Shown here one piece after another: positions 1 to 9,455 of a stretch of DNA of 32,000 nt (position 1 is the first letter of the stretch; each line of letters begins with the position of its first letter). The stretch lies in NCBI GenBank assembly GCA_030606485.1, contig JAUWGH010000003.1:60001-92000 (forward strand). The letters are read 5' to 3'. This DNA is from Promethearchaeota archaeon (GTDB lineage: Archaea; Asgardarchaeota; Lokiarchaeia; Sigyniarchaeales; SOKP01). A program made the position numbers and the translations under genes. The notes beneath the pieces are model-generated. The model had not been told where the DNA came from. It was given only the letters and a program-made list of their open reading frames with translations, and made no database searches.

Positions 1-1
1 T

Positions 2-988
2 CCATTTAGTGGGCGGGGTACAACCATAATTGAAGCGGGTTTATTAAAGAGAAAAGTAATTTCCAATGATATTAATCCTTTGAGTGAAATTTTGGCAAGA
101 CCGAGATTAAATATTCCCTCTATTAATGATGTTAAAGATAAATTGGATAGAATTCCGTTAAATTTGAAATTCGAAAATGAAATTGACTTGTCTATGTTTT
201 ATCACGAAAAAACAGAGAGGGAAATACTTTCTCTGAAAAATTATCTTTATGAAAGAAAAGAAAGTAGAGAAGAAGATGATATTGATAGATGGATCCGGAT
301 GGTTGCTTCGAATAGATTGACTGGACATTCAATAGGTTTTTTTTCCGTTTATACGCTACCACCAAATCAAGCAGTTTCACCAAAACGTCAAATTAAAATA
401 AATAGAAAACGTCGTCAAAAACCAGAGTATAGAGGTGTGAAGGATAGAATTATAAAAAAATCAATCTCTTTACTACGAAACCTAACTATGCAACAAAAAA
501 ATTACTTAAAAGAAATTTCTAAATCTGCAATATTTTTAACGAAAGATGCAAGAAATACACCAGAAATTAATGAGAATTTGGTTCAATTAACAGTAACATC
601 TCCCCCCTTTTTAAAAGTAGTTCAATATTCAAAGGATAATTGGCTAAGATGTTGGTTCAATTCCATTAATGCAGAAGTTATTTCTAAAAAAATTACAATG
701 GAATCTGATGTAAATAGATGGTCAAAGATGATGGGTAGCGTTTTTAAAGAATTATATAGAATAACCAAAATAAATGGATGGGTAGCATTTGAGGTGGGAG
801 AGATTCAAAAAGGAAAAATAAAATTAGATGATTATATTGTTCCTGAAGGATTAAATGCAGGATTTGTCTGTAAAGGAATTGTAATCAATGAACAAGATTT
901 TACTAAAACATCTAATATTTGGGGTATAAAAAATAAGGAATCGGGTACCAATACAAATCGTATTGTATTATTTAGAAAGGAGGTTTGA
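2..988 (+). CDS. Site-specific DNA methyltransferase (amino-MTase, alpha-type motif order, probably N4-cytosine), 5'-truncated by the window edge
   Basis: The frame is open from position 2 (PFSGRGTTIIEAGLLKRKVISNDINPLSE...), so the TTG at 80 is not the true start. PFSGRGT is SAM-binding motif I and VTSPPF is catalytic motif IV, with motif I preceding motif IV. Confidence 0.88.
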   Translation, partial: PFSGRGTTIIEAGLLKRKVISNDINPLSEILARPRLNIPSINDVKDKLDRIPLNLKFENEIDLSMFYHEKTEREILSLKNYLYERKESREEDDIDRWIRMVASNRLTGHSIGFFSVYTLPPNQAVSPKRQIKINRKRRQKPEYRGVKDRIIKKSISLLRNLTMQQKNYLKEISKSAIFLTKDARNTPEINENLVQLTVTSPPFLKVVQYSKDNWLRCWFNSINAEVISKKITMESDVNRWSKMMGSVFKELYRITKINGWVAFEVGEIQKGKIKLDDYIVPEGLNAGFVCKGIVINEQDFTKTSNIWGIKNKESGTNTNRIVLFRKEV

Positions 989-995
989 ATGAAGG

Positions 996-1005
996 TTTTT
1001 TTTTT
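996..1005 (+). terminator. Oligo-T tract (T10), archaeal-type terminator after the methyltransferase
   Basis: T10 begins 7 nt after the TGA at 988, in the gap between convergent genes. Confidence 0.5.
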
Positions 1006-1025
1006 GTAATAAATTATTTTATAAG

Positions 1026-2510
1026 TTATTCTATTTCCTCTTCATTAGAATTTTCCTTTATTTGTTCTTTTTCTAAAGAGTCTTTTTCTTTATCTCTTGT
1101 TTCTATTTCTGCTTCTCCCTCTTTTTGAGAGGTCATCTCCTCCTCTTTGTCTTTTTTAAGTTCAGTTTCTATTAGTCTGATTCCTTTAATTTCCAATTTT
1201 TTCATTTGTAAAAAATCCTGAAATTCTTTATCTCCGATCTTATTTGTATCAAGCGCTTCATTATTCTTTAGATATTCTTTAAAATCAGTTATAATTGTAA
1301 TTACCTCTTCTTGGTTATAATGCTTTCTCATTATGAGCCCTTTCCTTTCTAAAACATATTCAGAATACCATAGATAGAAGAAAACGGTAATAATTAACAT
1401 TAGAAAATTACTTATTAAATTAATTTGATTACGATCAGTAAAAAATCCCGGGAGAGAACCAGCTCCGGTAATCATTATAATTTGCCCTTCGATGTATAAA
1501 AAAGTAAAAGCGAAAAGGAAGAAAGGCATATTATTAGCATTAAATATTCGAGAACTATACGCTTTATCACCCAATCCTCTTAGAACTAAAATAGCTGTAG
1601 CAACCATTAATAAAACATCAAGAATTGCCGTAATAATATCCGTACCTGTCGTTTGGGTTGCACCACGTAATGCATTTGTGAAACTGAATACTCTATACCA
1701 AATAATTATCCAAATGAAAATATAGAACATAGAAGAAAATACATTAGATGTTTCATTCTTTTTGCTTTTTAGATAAAGACTAATTAAACGCCATGATGTT
1801 ATACCAATTATAATAAAGACGACAGCATTCCAACCAATATACAAATAGAGATTATCAAGAGGACCTCCTTCAATTTCTGGCGCAAAATATGACCAAAATC
1901 CATATAAAGTACCAATTTGCATTAAAATAGGTACAACAAGTCCTAAAATTAAAAAAGTTATTGTGATATATTCTTTTGTTTCAGATAATTCAGATTTTGG
2001 AAGAACTTTATTATTTATCTTAACAGATAAATCTTCAAATCCTCCTTTGAGAAAAAATATTTGAATAAGATTCCATCCAAAATAAATTATTATGAAAATA
2101 GTTGGTAGAATTAAATCCCAACCCAAGAATTGTATGGTTAATTGGGTAGAATGACCTAATAAAAAGTATACTAATATAATAACAAAACTTATTCCAAATG
2201 CGATTAAGAAACCAATGATTTTATTCCTATCAATTATTTTATCTGTAGAAAATAAAAATTCATTCAATTTGGGTATTAATCCAAAAAACATTAAAAATAT
2301 AAAAGTTAATGAAATTGTTGTTGCTAAAAATAAAATTAAATCCCCCAAATCTGGAATTAAGCTTATTAAAGCAATCAAAATTGCACAAATGAAAAATATT
2401 ATTGTATATAATAAATGGCTTTCATTAAAGATTCTATAAAAATATTTATCTAATAGTTCTTGAATTTTAATAATAGATTTACTTTTAGGTTTTGGTTTTT
2501 CTTCTTCCAA
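1026..2510 (-). CDS. Hypothetical polytopic membrane protein (~10 TM) with a highly charged C-terminal tail
   Basis: 494-aa ORF with about ten long hydrophobic segments and an E/K-rich last ~80 aa. TTG start, with an in-frame stop shortly upstream. No family recognised. Confidence 0.8.
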   Translation of the reverse strand: MEEEKPKPKSKSIIKIQELLDKYFYRIFNESHLLYTIIFFICAILIALISLIPDLGDLILFLATTISLTFIFLMFFGLIPKLNEFLFSTDKIIDRNKIIGFLIAFGISFVIILVYFLLGHSTQLTIQFLGWDLILPTIFIIIYFGWNLIQIFFLKGGFEDLSVKINNKVLPKSELSETKEYITITFLILGLVVPILMQIGTLYGFWSYFAPEIEGGPLDNLYLYIGWNAVVFIIIGITSWRLISLYLKSKKNETSNVFSSMFYIFIWIIIWYRVFSFTNALRGATQTTGTDIITAILDVLLMVATAILVLRGLGDKAYSSRIFNANNMPFFLFAFTFLYIEGQIIMITGAGSLPGFFTDRNQINLISNFLMLIITVFFYLWYSEYVLERKGLIMRKHYNQEEVITIITDFKEYLKNNEALDTNKIGDKEFQDFLQMKKLEIKGIRLIETELKKDKEEEMTSQKEGEAEIETRDKEKDSLEKEQIKENSNEEEIE

Positions 2511-2558
2511 AATTAACCATCTTCTTTTTATTTATTTAAATTAATATAATAAATTCAA

Positions 2559-2588
2559 AATATTATATAAAAATAGTTATATAATATT
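2559..2588. promoter_or_regulatory. Back-to-back TATA boxes forming a 12-bp inverted repeat between divergent genes
   Basis: AATATTATATAA-aaatag-TTATATAATATT. TTATATAA reads on both strands, about 35-55 nt upstream of the starts at 2619 (+) and 2510 (-). Confidence 0.5.
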
Positions 2589-2618
2589 AATATAAAAATC
2601 AATGAGATTTCCAAAGAA

Positions 2619-4040
2619 ATGTTCATAAAAAATAGAGATATCCTACTGAATGAGAATATTCCTCAGAAAAATCTAGAATTAAGAAGGATACTTATTGACG
2701 TTTTAGAAAGAGCTTTAGATGCAGTAAAGCCAAAAATTTTAATTGAGAGAGCCGTAATTATTGATAAAAATCAACTCAAAATTCATAATTTATCTTTAGA
2801 TTTAACACAATTTAGGAGATGTATCATAATTGGTGGCGGAAAAGCATCTGGTGCTATGGCAGCAGAGTTGGAAAATATTTTAATTTCATATGGAAAAATT
2901 CCATTTAATGGAATCATTAATATCCCCAAAGGATTAGAAATTGATGACAAAGATTTCTCTGGTAGGATAAAATTTAATTTTGCATCTCATCCCATTCCTG
3001 ATGATGATGGTATAAATGGAGTTAAAAGCATGATGGATTTGATCCGAAATACTTCCAATAATGATTTAATTTTCTGTCTAATTTCCGGTGGAGGTTCAGC
3101 ATTATTACCTTTCCCAATGAAAGGTTTAACTTTAGGAGATTTAAGAGATGTAAACTCATTATTATTAGCTTCTGGTGCAAATATTAAAGAAATTAATGCA
3201 ATAAGAAAGCATCTCTCTGCTTTTAAGGGCGGTCGCTTAGCTAAAGCTGCATTTAAAAATGGGGAACCAACAATAATTTCATTGATAATTTCAGATGTTG
3301 TAGGTGATAATTTAGATACTATTGCTTCAGGGCCCACAGTTCCAGATCAAACCACTTATGAGGAAGCAATAAATTATTTGAAAAAATATAAAATATTTGA
3401 TAAGATCCCAGAAAATGCACAAAAAATTTTAATCTCAGGATATAAGGAGGAGATTCCTGAGACTCCTAAAAAAGAAGACCCCTGTTTTTTTAAAGTTCAT
3501 AATTACATAATAGGAAGTGTAGAGAATGCTGCAAAAGCCGCAGAAAGTTATTTGAAGCAAAATAATATAGAGGTTAAATATATTCAAGAAAAAATTAAAG
3601 GAGAAGCCAGAGAATATGGTTTAGTTTTTTTAAATAAATTTAAGGAATGTATAAATAAAAAAGATACATATGGTTCTAAGAAAATAGCTTTAATAGGAAG
3701 TGGAGAATTGACAGTTACGATAAAAGGAAAAGGAATTGGCGGACGAAATCAAGAAATGCTTTTGAGCTTTCTTAATTCAATTAAAAATGAAGAAATTATT
3801 TATAATTTTTTAATCTTGGCAGTAAATCTTGATGGTATAGAAGGAAATAGCAAAGCTATGGGAGCTATTATTGATAATTATACGATAAAGAAATATAAGG
3901 ACATGAATTTAAACCCTTCAGTATTCCTAAAAAATAATAACTCAAATACATTTTTCAAAATGTTAAAGGATGAAATTATTACAGGTTATATTGGCATAAA
4001 TGTGAATGATCTAACTATAGGAATCTTATCTTTTAATTGA
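2619..4040 (+). CDS. Glycerate 2-kinase (MOFRL/DUF4147 family)
   Basis: Motifs IIGGGKAS, HPIPD, LISGGGSALL, INAIRKHLS..KGGRLA, SDVVGD..D.IASGPT, GGRNQE, DGIEGNS and NVNDL. Confidence 0.93.
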   Translation: MFIKNRDILLNENIPQKNLELRRILIDVLERALDAVKPKILIERAVIIDKNQLKIHNLSLDLTQFRRCIIIGGGKASGAMAAELENILISYGKIPFNGIINIPKGLEIDDKDFSGRIKFNFASHPIPDDDGINGVKSMMDLIRNTSNNDLIFCLISGGGSALLPFPMKGLTLGDLRDVNSLLLASGANIKEINAIRKHLSAFKGGRLAKAAFKNGEPTIISLIISDVVGDNLDTIASGPTVPDQTTYEEAINYLKKYKIFDKIPENAQKILISGYKEEIPETPKKEDPCFFKVHNYIIGSVENAAKAAESYLKQNNIEVKYIQEKIKGEAREYGLVFLNKFKECINKKDTYGSKKIALIGSGELTVTIKGKGIGGRNQEMLLSFLNSIKNEEIIYNFLILAVNLDGIEGNSKAMGAIIDNYTIKKYKDMNLNPSVFLKNNNSNTFFKMLKDEIITGYIGINVNDLTIGILSFN

Positions 4041-4092
4041 ATAAAAGAAATTCTTCATGGGGGATAATTTTTTTGTTAGAATAGGATTAGTA

Positions 4093-4254
4093 TTATCTAT
4101 CCGGTGATAGATCTTTATATTTTGGTTGAGTACTTCCCCCCTGGAGCCCCCCAACATCGCGTGGATTTAAAATGAGCTTTAAGTGATTAAATATAATTGG
4201 GATATGATTGGATTTCATAATTTTCAATGCAAGTATATTTTCTTTTATATACAT
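4093..4254 (-). CDS. Putative small protein, 53 aa (MYIKENILALKIMKSNHIPIIFNHLKLILNPRDVGGLQGGSTQPKYKDLSPDR), below the ORF-track cutoff
   Basis: ATG at 4254 preceded by a strong GGAGGTG (4266-4260) at 5-nt spacing, TAA at 4095-4093, and a TATA-like TTTATATA near 4325-4318. No homology recognised. Confidence 0.4.
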   Translation of the reverse strand: MYIKENILALKIMKSNHIPIIFNHLKLILNPRDVGGLQGGSTQPKYKDLSPDR

Positions 4255-4629
4255 CCCTACACCTCCCAATAGAGAAAAGTGGTAATAAAGCCACTCTGGA
4301 TTTATTGATTACCTTTAGTATATAAACTATTTATTTTTTTAAAATTTCAGAAAGATATTTTGGTTTTTTACCTATTATTTAAAGTTTTTTACAATTCTTT
4401 TTATTTTTTTTCTTATTTGTTTACCTAATTAATACTTGAGTCATATATTTAAACTTTTTGTTATAAAAGAAGAAGAGAAAATTGTAAAAAAAACTTATTT
4501 ATTAAAAAAATCTTATAAAGTAATTTAGAATACAGAATGATTATATATTTAATAATTCTGTGCGTCTATTCAATTTTCAACAAAAAATCTTAGTAAATTG
4601 AGTTGTTAATACTTTTTTGAAAAAGCATA

Positions 4630-5076
4630 TTATTTTTTAGTAAAAAATTTTTCAATTTCAGGTTTAAAATCTTGGAATTTATCAATAATCGTAAAATTCT
4701 CATTATTATATTTCTGTTTAAAATGAATTAACATTAACTTCAACTTTTCTCTAACTTTTTCAACTTGTTTATCAATATTTTTCTTTTTATCACAAATAGC
4801 ATATGCAAGTATGTTTTCTACAGTATTAAAATCTCCAGCTTGAATTGTTTCAGTAATAAAAATAAAAAGAATATCACCAGATTCAAGATATTCTAAAGTA
4901 GAGCCTTGAAATGCTTTTTCTACAAATTGTGATATTGCAGAAATAAATGATGATCTAAGATCTTTATGAACTTCCTTTTTTGTTTTTACCGAAACATTTC
5001 TAATAATATAATTTACAAGTGTAAATCCACGAAGTATTACACCAGCTTCATACATTTCTTTCAAATTATTAATCAT
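4630..5076 (-). CDS. Longin-like domain protein (Asgard eukaryotic-signature type)
   Basis: 148 aa. It has an N-terminal beta-hairpin (AGVILRGFTLV), a helix DLRSSFISAISQFVEKAF, three strands (LEYLESGDILFIF...ILAYAIC) and a C-terminal helix pair with F.QKY...F..F...I..F. This is the pattern I recognise for longin/sigma-adaptin/sedlin-like folds. Confidence 0.65.
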   Translation of the reverse strand: MINNLKEMYEAGVILRGFTLVNYIIRNVSVKTKKEVHKDLRSSFISAISQFVEKAFQGSTLEYLESGDILFIFITETIQAGDFNTVENILAYAICDKKKNIDKQVEKVREKLKLMLIHFKQKYNNENFTIIDKFQDFKPEIEKFFTKK

Positions 5077-5278
5077 TCATATCTGTAATATATTATTATC
5101 ATAAACTACTTTCAATATAATTTTTTTCTAATTAAAAAAATTTTATATAGTAATTTATTTATTAGATTTTTTAAATATATCATAAAGGCACATTTATAAG
5201 TAAAAGCATTCATACCTAAGTTAAGTATTATAAATATAATTAAAATTCAAAGATAGAGTAATATTTAGAGAATATTTT

Positions 5279-6283
5279 ATGCTAGTTGATGAAATTAACA
5301 TAAAATTAGTAATTTTGGGAAGTGGAGGTGTTGGAAAAACCTCAATAGTCAAATCATTTTTAGATCAAGAGATACCAAGAATGTATATTCCAACAATTGG
5401 AAGCAGTATTGCAAGGAAGGAATTTATGTTAAAAAATATTGCTATGAAGATTAATATATGGGATATTGGTGGTCAAAAATCCTTTAATCCTTTAAATCCC
5501 GTATTTTTTACTAATGTAGATGCTGCTTTCTTAGTGTTTGATTTGACTCAACCAAAAGAAACATTACCTGAATTAGAAATTGATTATTTAACAAATTTAT
5601 CGAAATATACAGATGAATGTATTGCATTTGTAATTGGAAATAAATTAGATTTAATTTCAACTAAAAAAGAACTAGAGAATATTGCCAACCATTATAAAAT
5701 AAAAAATATTCCATTAATTCTAATTTCTGCTAAAACTCAAGAAAATCTATATGATGCATTTGATTTAATCATATTTAGCTTTTTAAAGGAATGGGAGAAA
5801 GGATTTACATCTAAAAAATTTCATGGAATATCAAAGGAATTCTTAAACTTAATTAACAAAACTGAAAAGCAATTGAAAGATTTGTTTGTTAATTTAGGTG
5901 ATGTAGACTCAATTTTGATTTCGAGTAAAGCAGCACCTCAATTAACTAAAAAAAAAATATCATCATCTGTCCCTGATTTAAATTCTGGAACAGAATTAGT
6001 TGATTATGTAAGATATAAGGAAAAAATTGAAGAATTTAATAAAATAAAAGGTCAAATTATAGATTCATTTGATAATAAATTAACCATAATAAAAGATTTA
6101 ATTTCAAGCTTAAAAAGAACTCCAATAAATTCACTTATTGATACAATTGACAATACGATGGAACAATTAAATGATATAAAAGTAGATTTTGAATTTAATT
6201 TAGATTCCTTATTAAATTTAGAAAAAAGTGAAAAAAAAGTGAAAGAAGAAATGGAGAAATTTAAAGAAATTCGGGGTGAATAA
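5279..6283 (+). CDS. Rab/Ras-superfamily small GTPase with a ~160-aa C-terminal alpha-helical/coiled-coil extension
   Basis: G1 GSGGVGKTS, G2 YIPTIG, G3 WDIGGQ, G4 NKLD, G5 SAK. The extension is rich in K/E/L/I, with no C-terminal Cys. Confidence 0.92.
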   Translation: MLVDEINIKLVILGSGGVGKTSIVKSFLDQEIPRMYIPTIGSSIARKEFMLKNIAMKINIWDIGGQKSFNPLNPVFFTNVDAAFLVFDLTQPKETLPELEIDYLTNLSKYTDECIAFVIGNKLDLISTKKELENIANHYKIKNIPLILISAKTQENLYDAFDLIIFSFLKEWEKGFTSKKFHGISKEFLNLINKTEKQLKDLFVNLGDVDSILISSKAAPQLTKKKISSSVPDLNSGTELVDYVRYKEKIEEFNKIKGQIIDSFDNKLTIIKDLISSLKRTPINSLIDTIDNTMEQLNDIKVDFEFNLDSLLNLEKSEKKVKEEMEKFKEIRGE

Positions 6284-6309
6284 AAATCCCTAAAGAGAAA
6301 AACAATAAA

Positions 6310-6822
6310 ATGGAGCAGATAGAGAGCACAAATGAAACTACAATAAATGAATTTAAAAAATTAGATGAAAAAATTACAAATGTTGAGAACTGGGTAAAAT
6401 TTGTTGATGGAGAGATAAAAACTATAAAAAAAGATGTCAAATGTATTCGAGAGCAAATAAAAACTCAAGAAGAAGTAATTAATAGTAAATTTAAAGAATT
6501 TTCTGAGGAATATTTAATTTTTAAAAAAAATATGACAGCGAAATTACAAAAAGTAGAAAGTGAATATGATACAATGAAGATTTCCCTGGCAATAAATGAA
6601 AAACATCTATTGGAAAGGTTAAAATCAATGATTAATACCGAGATAGGTATGGCGGTTAAAGGTAAGGAGCAGGAATTACTTATGAATTTATGGATTGATG
6701 AATTAAATGAGATTATTTCGGATTTTGAAAAATTAAAGAGTATACACCCAAAGGAATTTTCACTTCGAATCAATGAAATATCAAAAACAATTGAGTTATT
6801 TAAACAAAATCTAAAAAAATAA
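6310..6822 (+). CDS. Hypothetical soluble coiled-coil protein, probably co-transcribed with the GTPase
   Basis: 170 aa, E/K-rich with heptad hydrophobics, no TM segment, 26 nt downstream of the GTPase stop. Confidence 0.8.
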   Translation: MEQIESTNETTINEFKKLDEKITNVENWVKFVDGEIKTIKKDVKCIREQIKTQEEVINSKFKEFSEEYLIFKKNMTAKLQKVESEYDTMKISLAINEKHLLERLKSMINTEIGMAVKGKEQELLMNLWIDELNEIISDFEKLKSIHPKEFSLRINEISKTIELFKQNLKK

Positions 6823-6916
6823 AATTAACATTCTTGCTCTTTTTAAGGCTAATCTAAGTTGATTTTTATTTAATTAAATTTGTTATATTTATTCTATTAT
6901 TCCAAATCATAATATA

Positions 6917-7711
6917 ATGCCACCAATTAAACGGAAAAAATATTTATTTCAGACTAAAATTGATAAATTATTAAAAATAATTCCTCATCTTGGTAGAATA
7001 TTTTCTTTCTTGCTAGGTATAATTGAAGTACCAATGTTGGAGCTATTTAGATTAACGGAAAAATTTACTAAGATACACATACTTGAAATTGTTGATACTT
7101 ACATCCTTAAAAAAAGATGGGGTGGACATGTTATTCCTTTAAATGTAAATTTTCATCCAGAAACAAAATTTCTTCCATCCCAAGAAATTTTCAAACTATT
7201 ATCCAGGTCAAATGTGGTAGGTATTGGGAATTGTTATTGCAGATTAACTTACAAGAATTGTGATAATCCAATTAGAACTTGCATACATATTAGCTTTGGA
7301 CAATCTTTATACGAGATACCTTACAAATCAGAGAATTTTAAACGAGTTTCAAAACAAGAAATATTTGAATTATTAGAAGATTGTGATCAACGAGGTTTAG
7401 TTCATCAGTTAATATATTTTCCAAATCCGAGTTTTTATTACATTGTGTGCAACTGTTGCCCTTGTTGTTGCGTTATATTGAGTAAATTTATAAAAAGTGG
7501 TTCACCTCAAATCATAAAATCTGATTTCATAGCAAAAACAGACTTATCAAAATGTAAGAGTTGTGGAAATTGTGAACAATGGTGTTATTTTGGAGCTAGA
7601 AAAATTGAGGGAAATAGATTTCTTTTTGAGGGAATTAAATGTTTTGGATGTGGTTTATGCATTTCAAAATGTCCAGAAAATGCAATAATTCTAATAAGGA
7701 AAGATAATTAA
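6917..7711 (+). CDS. Iron-sulfur protein with C-terminal 2x[4Fe-4S] ferredoxin domain and extra Cys motifs
   Basis: CKSCGNCEQWC and CFGCGLCISKCP ferredoxin motifs, plus CYCR...C...C and CNCCPCCC. Confidence 0.85.
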   Translation: MPPIKRKKYLFQTKIDKLLKIIPHLGRIFSFLLGIIEVPMLELFRLTEKFTKIHILEIVDTYILKKRWGGHVIPLNVNFHPETKFLPSQEIFKLLSRSNVVGIGNCYCRLTYKNCDNPIRTCIHISFGQSLYEIPYKSENFKRVSKQEIFELLEDCDQRGLVHQLIYFPNPSFYYIVCNCCPCCCVILSKFIKSGSPQIIKSDFIAKTDLSKCKSCGNCEQWCYFGARKIEGNRFLFEGIKCFGCGLCISKCPENAIILIRKDN

Positions 7712-7752
7712 TTGTATTTCTAAATAGATATAAATAAATTCGTTCTATATTT

Positions 7753-8997
7753 TTGTTATTACAAATGATGGATCCAAATTTTATTGAATTTTTAATTCCA
7801 ATTTTAGTTTCTTTATTCTGTGGTTTTATTATTGGAATTGAACGAACAAGAGTATCTGCACAATATGGTGCTAGGGATCATATATTTTTTTCAATAATAT
7901 CTACTACAATTATTATTCTATACGATAAATTTTTGCAAGATCTAGGTTTTTATATTCTTATTATTATTTTTGGAGGAATGATTGTATTTTTATTAATTGG
8001 TACTTTTTATCGATTATTTAGAACTGATGACCCAGGATATACAACAACATTATCTATGCTTTTGGCAATGGTTGTTGGAATCGTTAGTTATTATAATTCT
8101 TTTCTTGCTATTACCATTTCAGTTATATTTTTAATAATCCTTTCTACTAAAAAGCAATTCTATAAAATACAAAAGTTAAAAGATATTGAATGGACGGGAA
8201 CTGTTGAATTTTTAGCAATTATGATATTAACGTTTATACTTTTCCCTCAAGATTTAATAATATATGATATTCAAATTGTTACTATAGTATATGTCTTTCT
8301 AACTATTTTAGCGATTAAATATTTCTCATATTTTCTCCTCAAATCGTCGTCGGAAGAGAATTTATATATTTTATCTATATTAGGCGGCTTTGCTCATAGT
8401 GAAGCTACAACTAAAGAATTAGCTGAAATTGACGCGCATCCTGCAACTGTTTCATTATTACTTCAAACTATGATCATTAGAATTCTTTTAGTAATAATTC
8501 TAATCTCATCTGAATTAACCGTCAGATTATTTTACCCATTAATATTAACAACTATACTGGGTATAATTTTTAATATCTTAATTTTAAGGAAAAAAGAGAA
8601 AAAACATATTCTTCAAAAAGTGAAGAATCCTCTTTCTTTAAAATCAGCTTTAATTTTTTCTTCTACTTATTTATTTGCGGTGTTCTTAACGATTATATTT
8701 AAAAACATCCCAATTCCATATCAGTTGTATTTACCAATTGCAATTATGATTGGGTTATTATCTGGTGGTGCAAGTTCTTTATTTACAGCTACAGCATATA
8801 TTTCAGGATTGATTGATCTTAACTTGGCTATTATTATGATTGTTTTTGGATTATGTGCAGCAATATTAAATAAATTATTATATTATTATCACTTTCAAAA
8901 AACAAAAAGTAAGAAAAATTTAATCAATTTGATCATATACCTATCATTAACAATGATAGTTCTCTTATTTTTCTCATTTACTATAGGTTTTTTATAA
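7753..8997 (+). CDS. MgtC/SapB + DUF4010 family membrane protein
   Basis: N-terminal GFIIGIER..GARD..F and TTT motifs of MgtC type, LGGFAHSEATT (cf. GGLxSSTATT of DUF4010) and NPLSLKSALIF. The true start may be an ATG at 7765 or 7768. Confidence 0.78.
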   Translation: MLLQMMDPNFIEFLIPILVSLFCGFIIGIERTRVSAQYGARDHIFFSIISTTIIILYDKFLQDLGFYILIIIFGGMIVFLLIGTFYRLFRTDDPGYTTTLSMLLAMVVGIVSYYNSFLAITISVIFLIILSTKKQFYKIQKLKDIEWTGTVEFLAIMILTFILFPQDLIIYDIQIVTIVYVFLTILAIKYFSYFLLKSSSEENLYILSILGGFAHSEATTKELAEIDAHPATVSLLLQTMIIRILLVIILISSELTVRLFYPLILTTILGIIFNILILRKKEKKHILQKVKNPLSLKSALIFSSTYLFAVFLTIIFKNIPIPYQLYLPIAIMIGLLSGGASSLFTATAYISGLIDLNLAIIMIVFGLCAAILNKLLYYYHFQKTKSKKNLINLIIYLSLTMIVLLFFSFTIGFL

Positions 8998-9161
8998 TTT
9001 CTAGTAAATTTATAACTTGATTCTTAATTTTATCTTTTTGTTGTAAAAAAATATTCATTATCAGGTGATTTAATATTAGAATTTTTTTTCTAAGAAAAAG
9101 TCTTATAACAAAAAGTTTATATATGTGAAAAAAAATATTTTAGTACTTAATATTTTTTTTT

Positions 9162-9407
9162 TTGGGTAAAAAAAAAGTTCGAGACAAAAAAAGAACTCAA
9201 AAAGTGAAAATAATGAAAGTATTATCAAATAATTTGATATATTCAAAGAAAGATTTTCATATAAATACTCCGTTAAAAGAATCAAGCAAAATACAGCAAG
9301 ATGATATATATCTTGAGCAATTTAGAGTAAAAGATATTTTTACTGAGATTGATTTTGCTCGATTACAAAGATTAAGAAATAAAGCAAATAGGATTAAAAA
9401 GTTATAA
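9162..9407 (+). CDS. Small basic hypothetical protein (81 aa, or 64 aa from the internal ATG)
   Basis: Only the ORF track supports it. It fills an otherwise empty gap, and the TTG start lies within a T11 run, so the start is uncertain. Confidence 0.45.
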   Translation: MGKKKVRDKKRTQKVKIMKVLSNNLIYSKKDFHINTPLKESSKIQQDDIYLEQFRVKDIFTEIDFARLQRLRNKANRIKKL

Positions 9408-9455
9408 AGCACTTTGAAATAAAATTTTTAAAAAAAGCCACATAGGGTAATGGGG

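Noticed and set aside
6310-6822. SNARE identity for the coiled-coil protein
   Set aside because: No C-terminal TM anchor and no recognisable zero-layer SNARE motif. Only a generic coiled coil is supported.
9153-9176. T11-GGGT-A9 inverted repeat
   Set aside because: It is an AT-only homopolymer pairing, expected by chance in this composition.
9103-9285. 60-aa minus-strand ORF in the 9000-9710 gap
   Set aside because: It is the antisense shadow of the K-rich plus-strand ORF and is built from homopolymer runs (F/L-rich).
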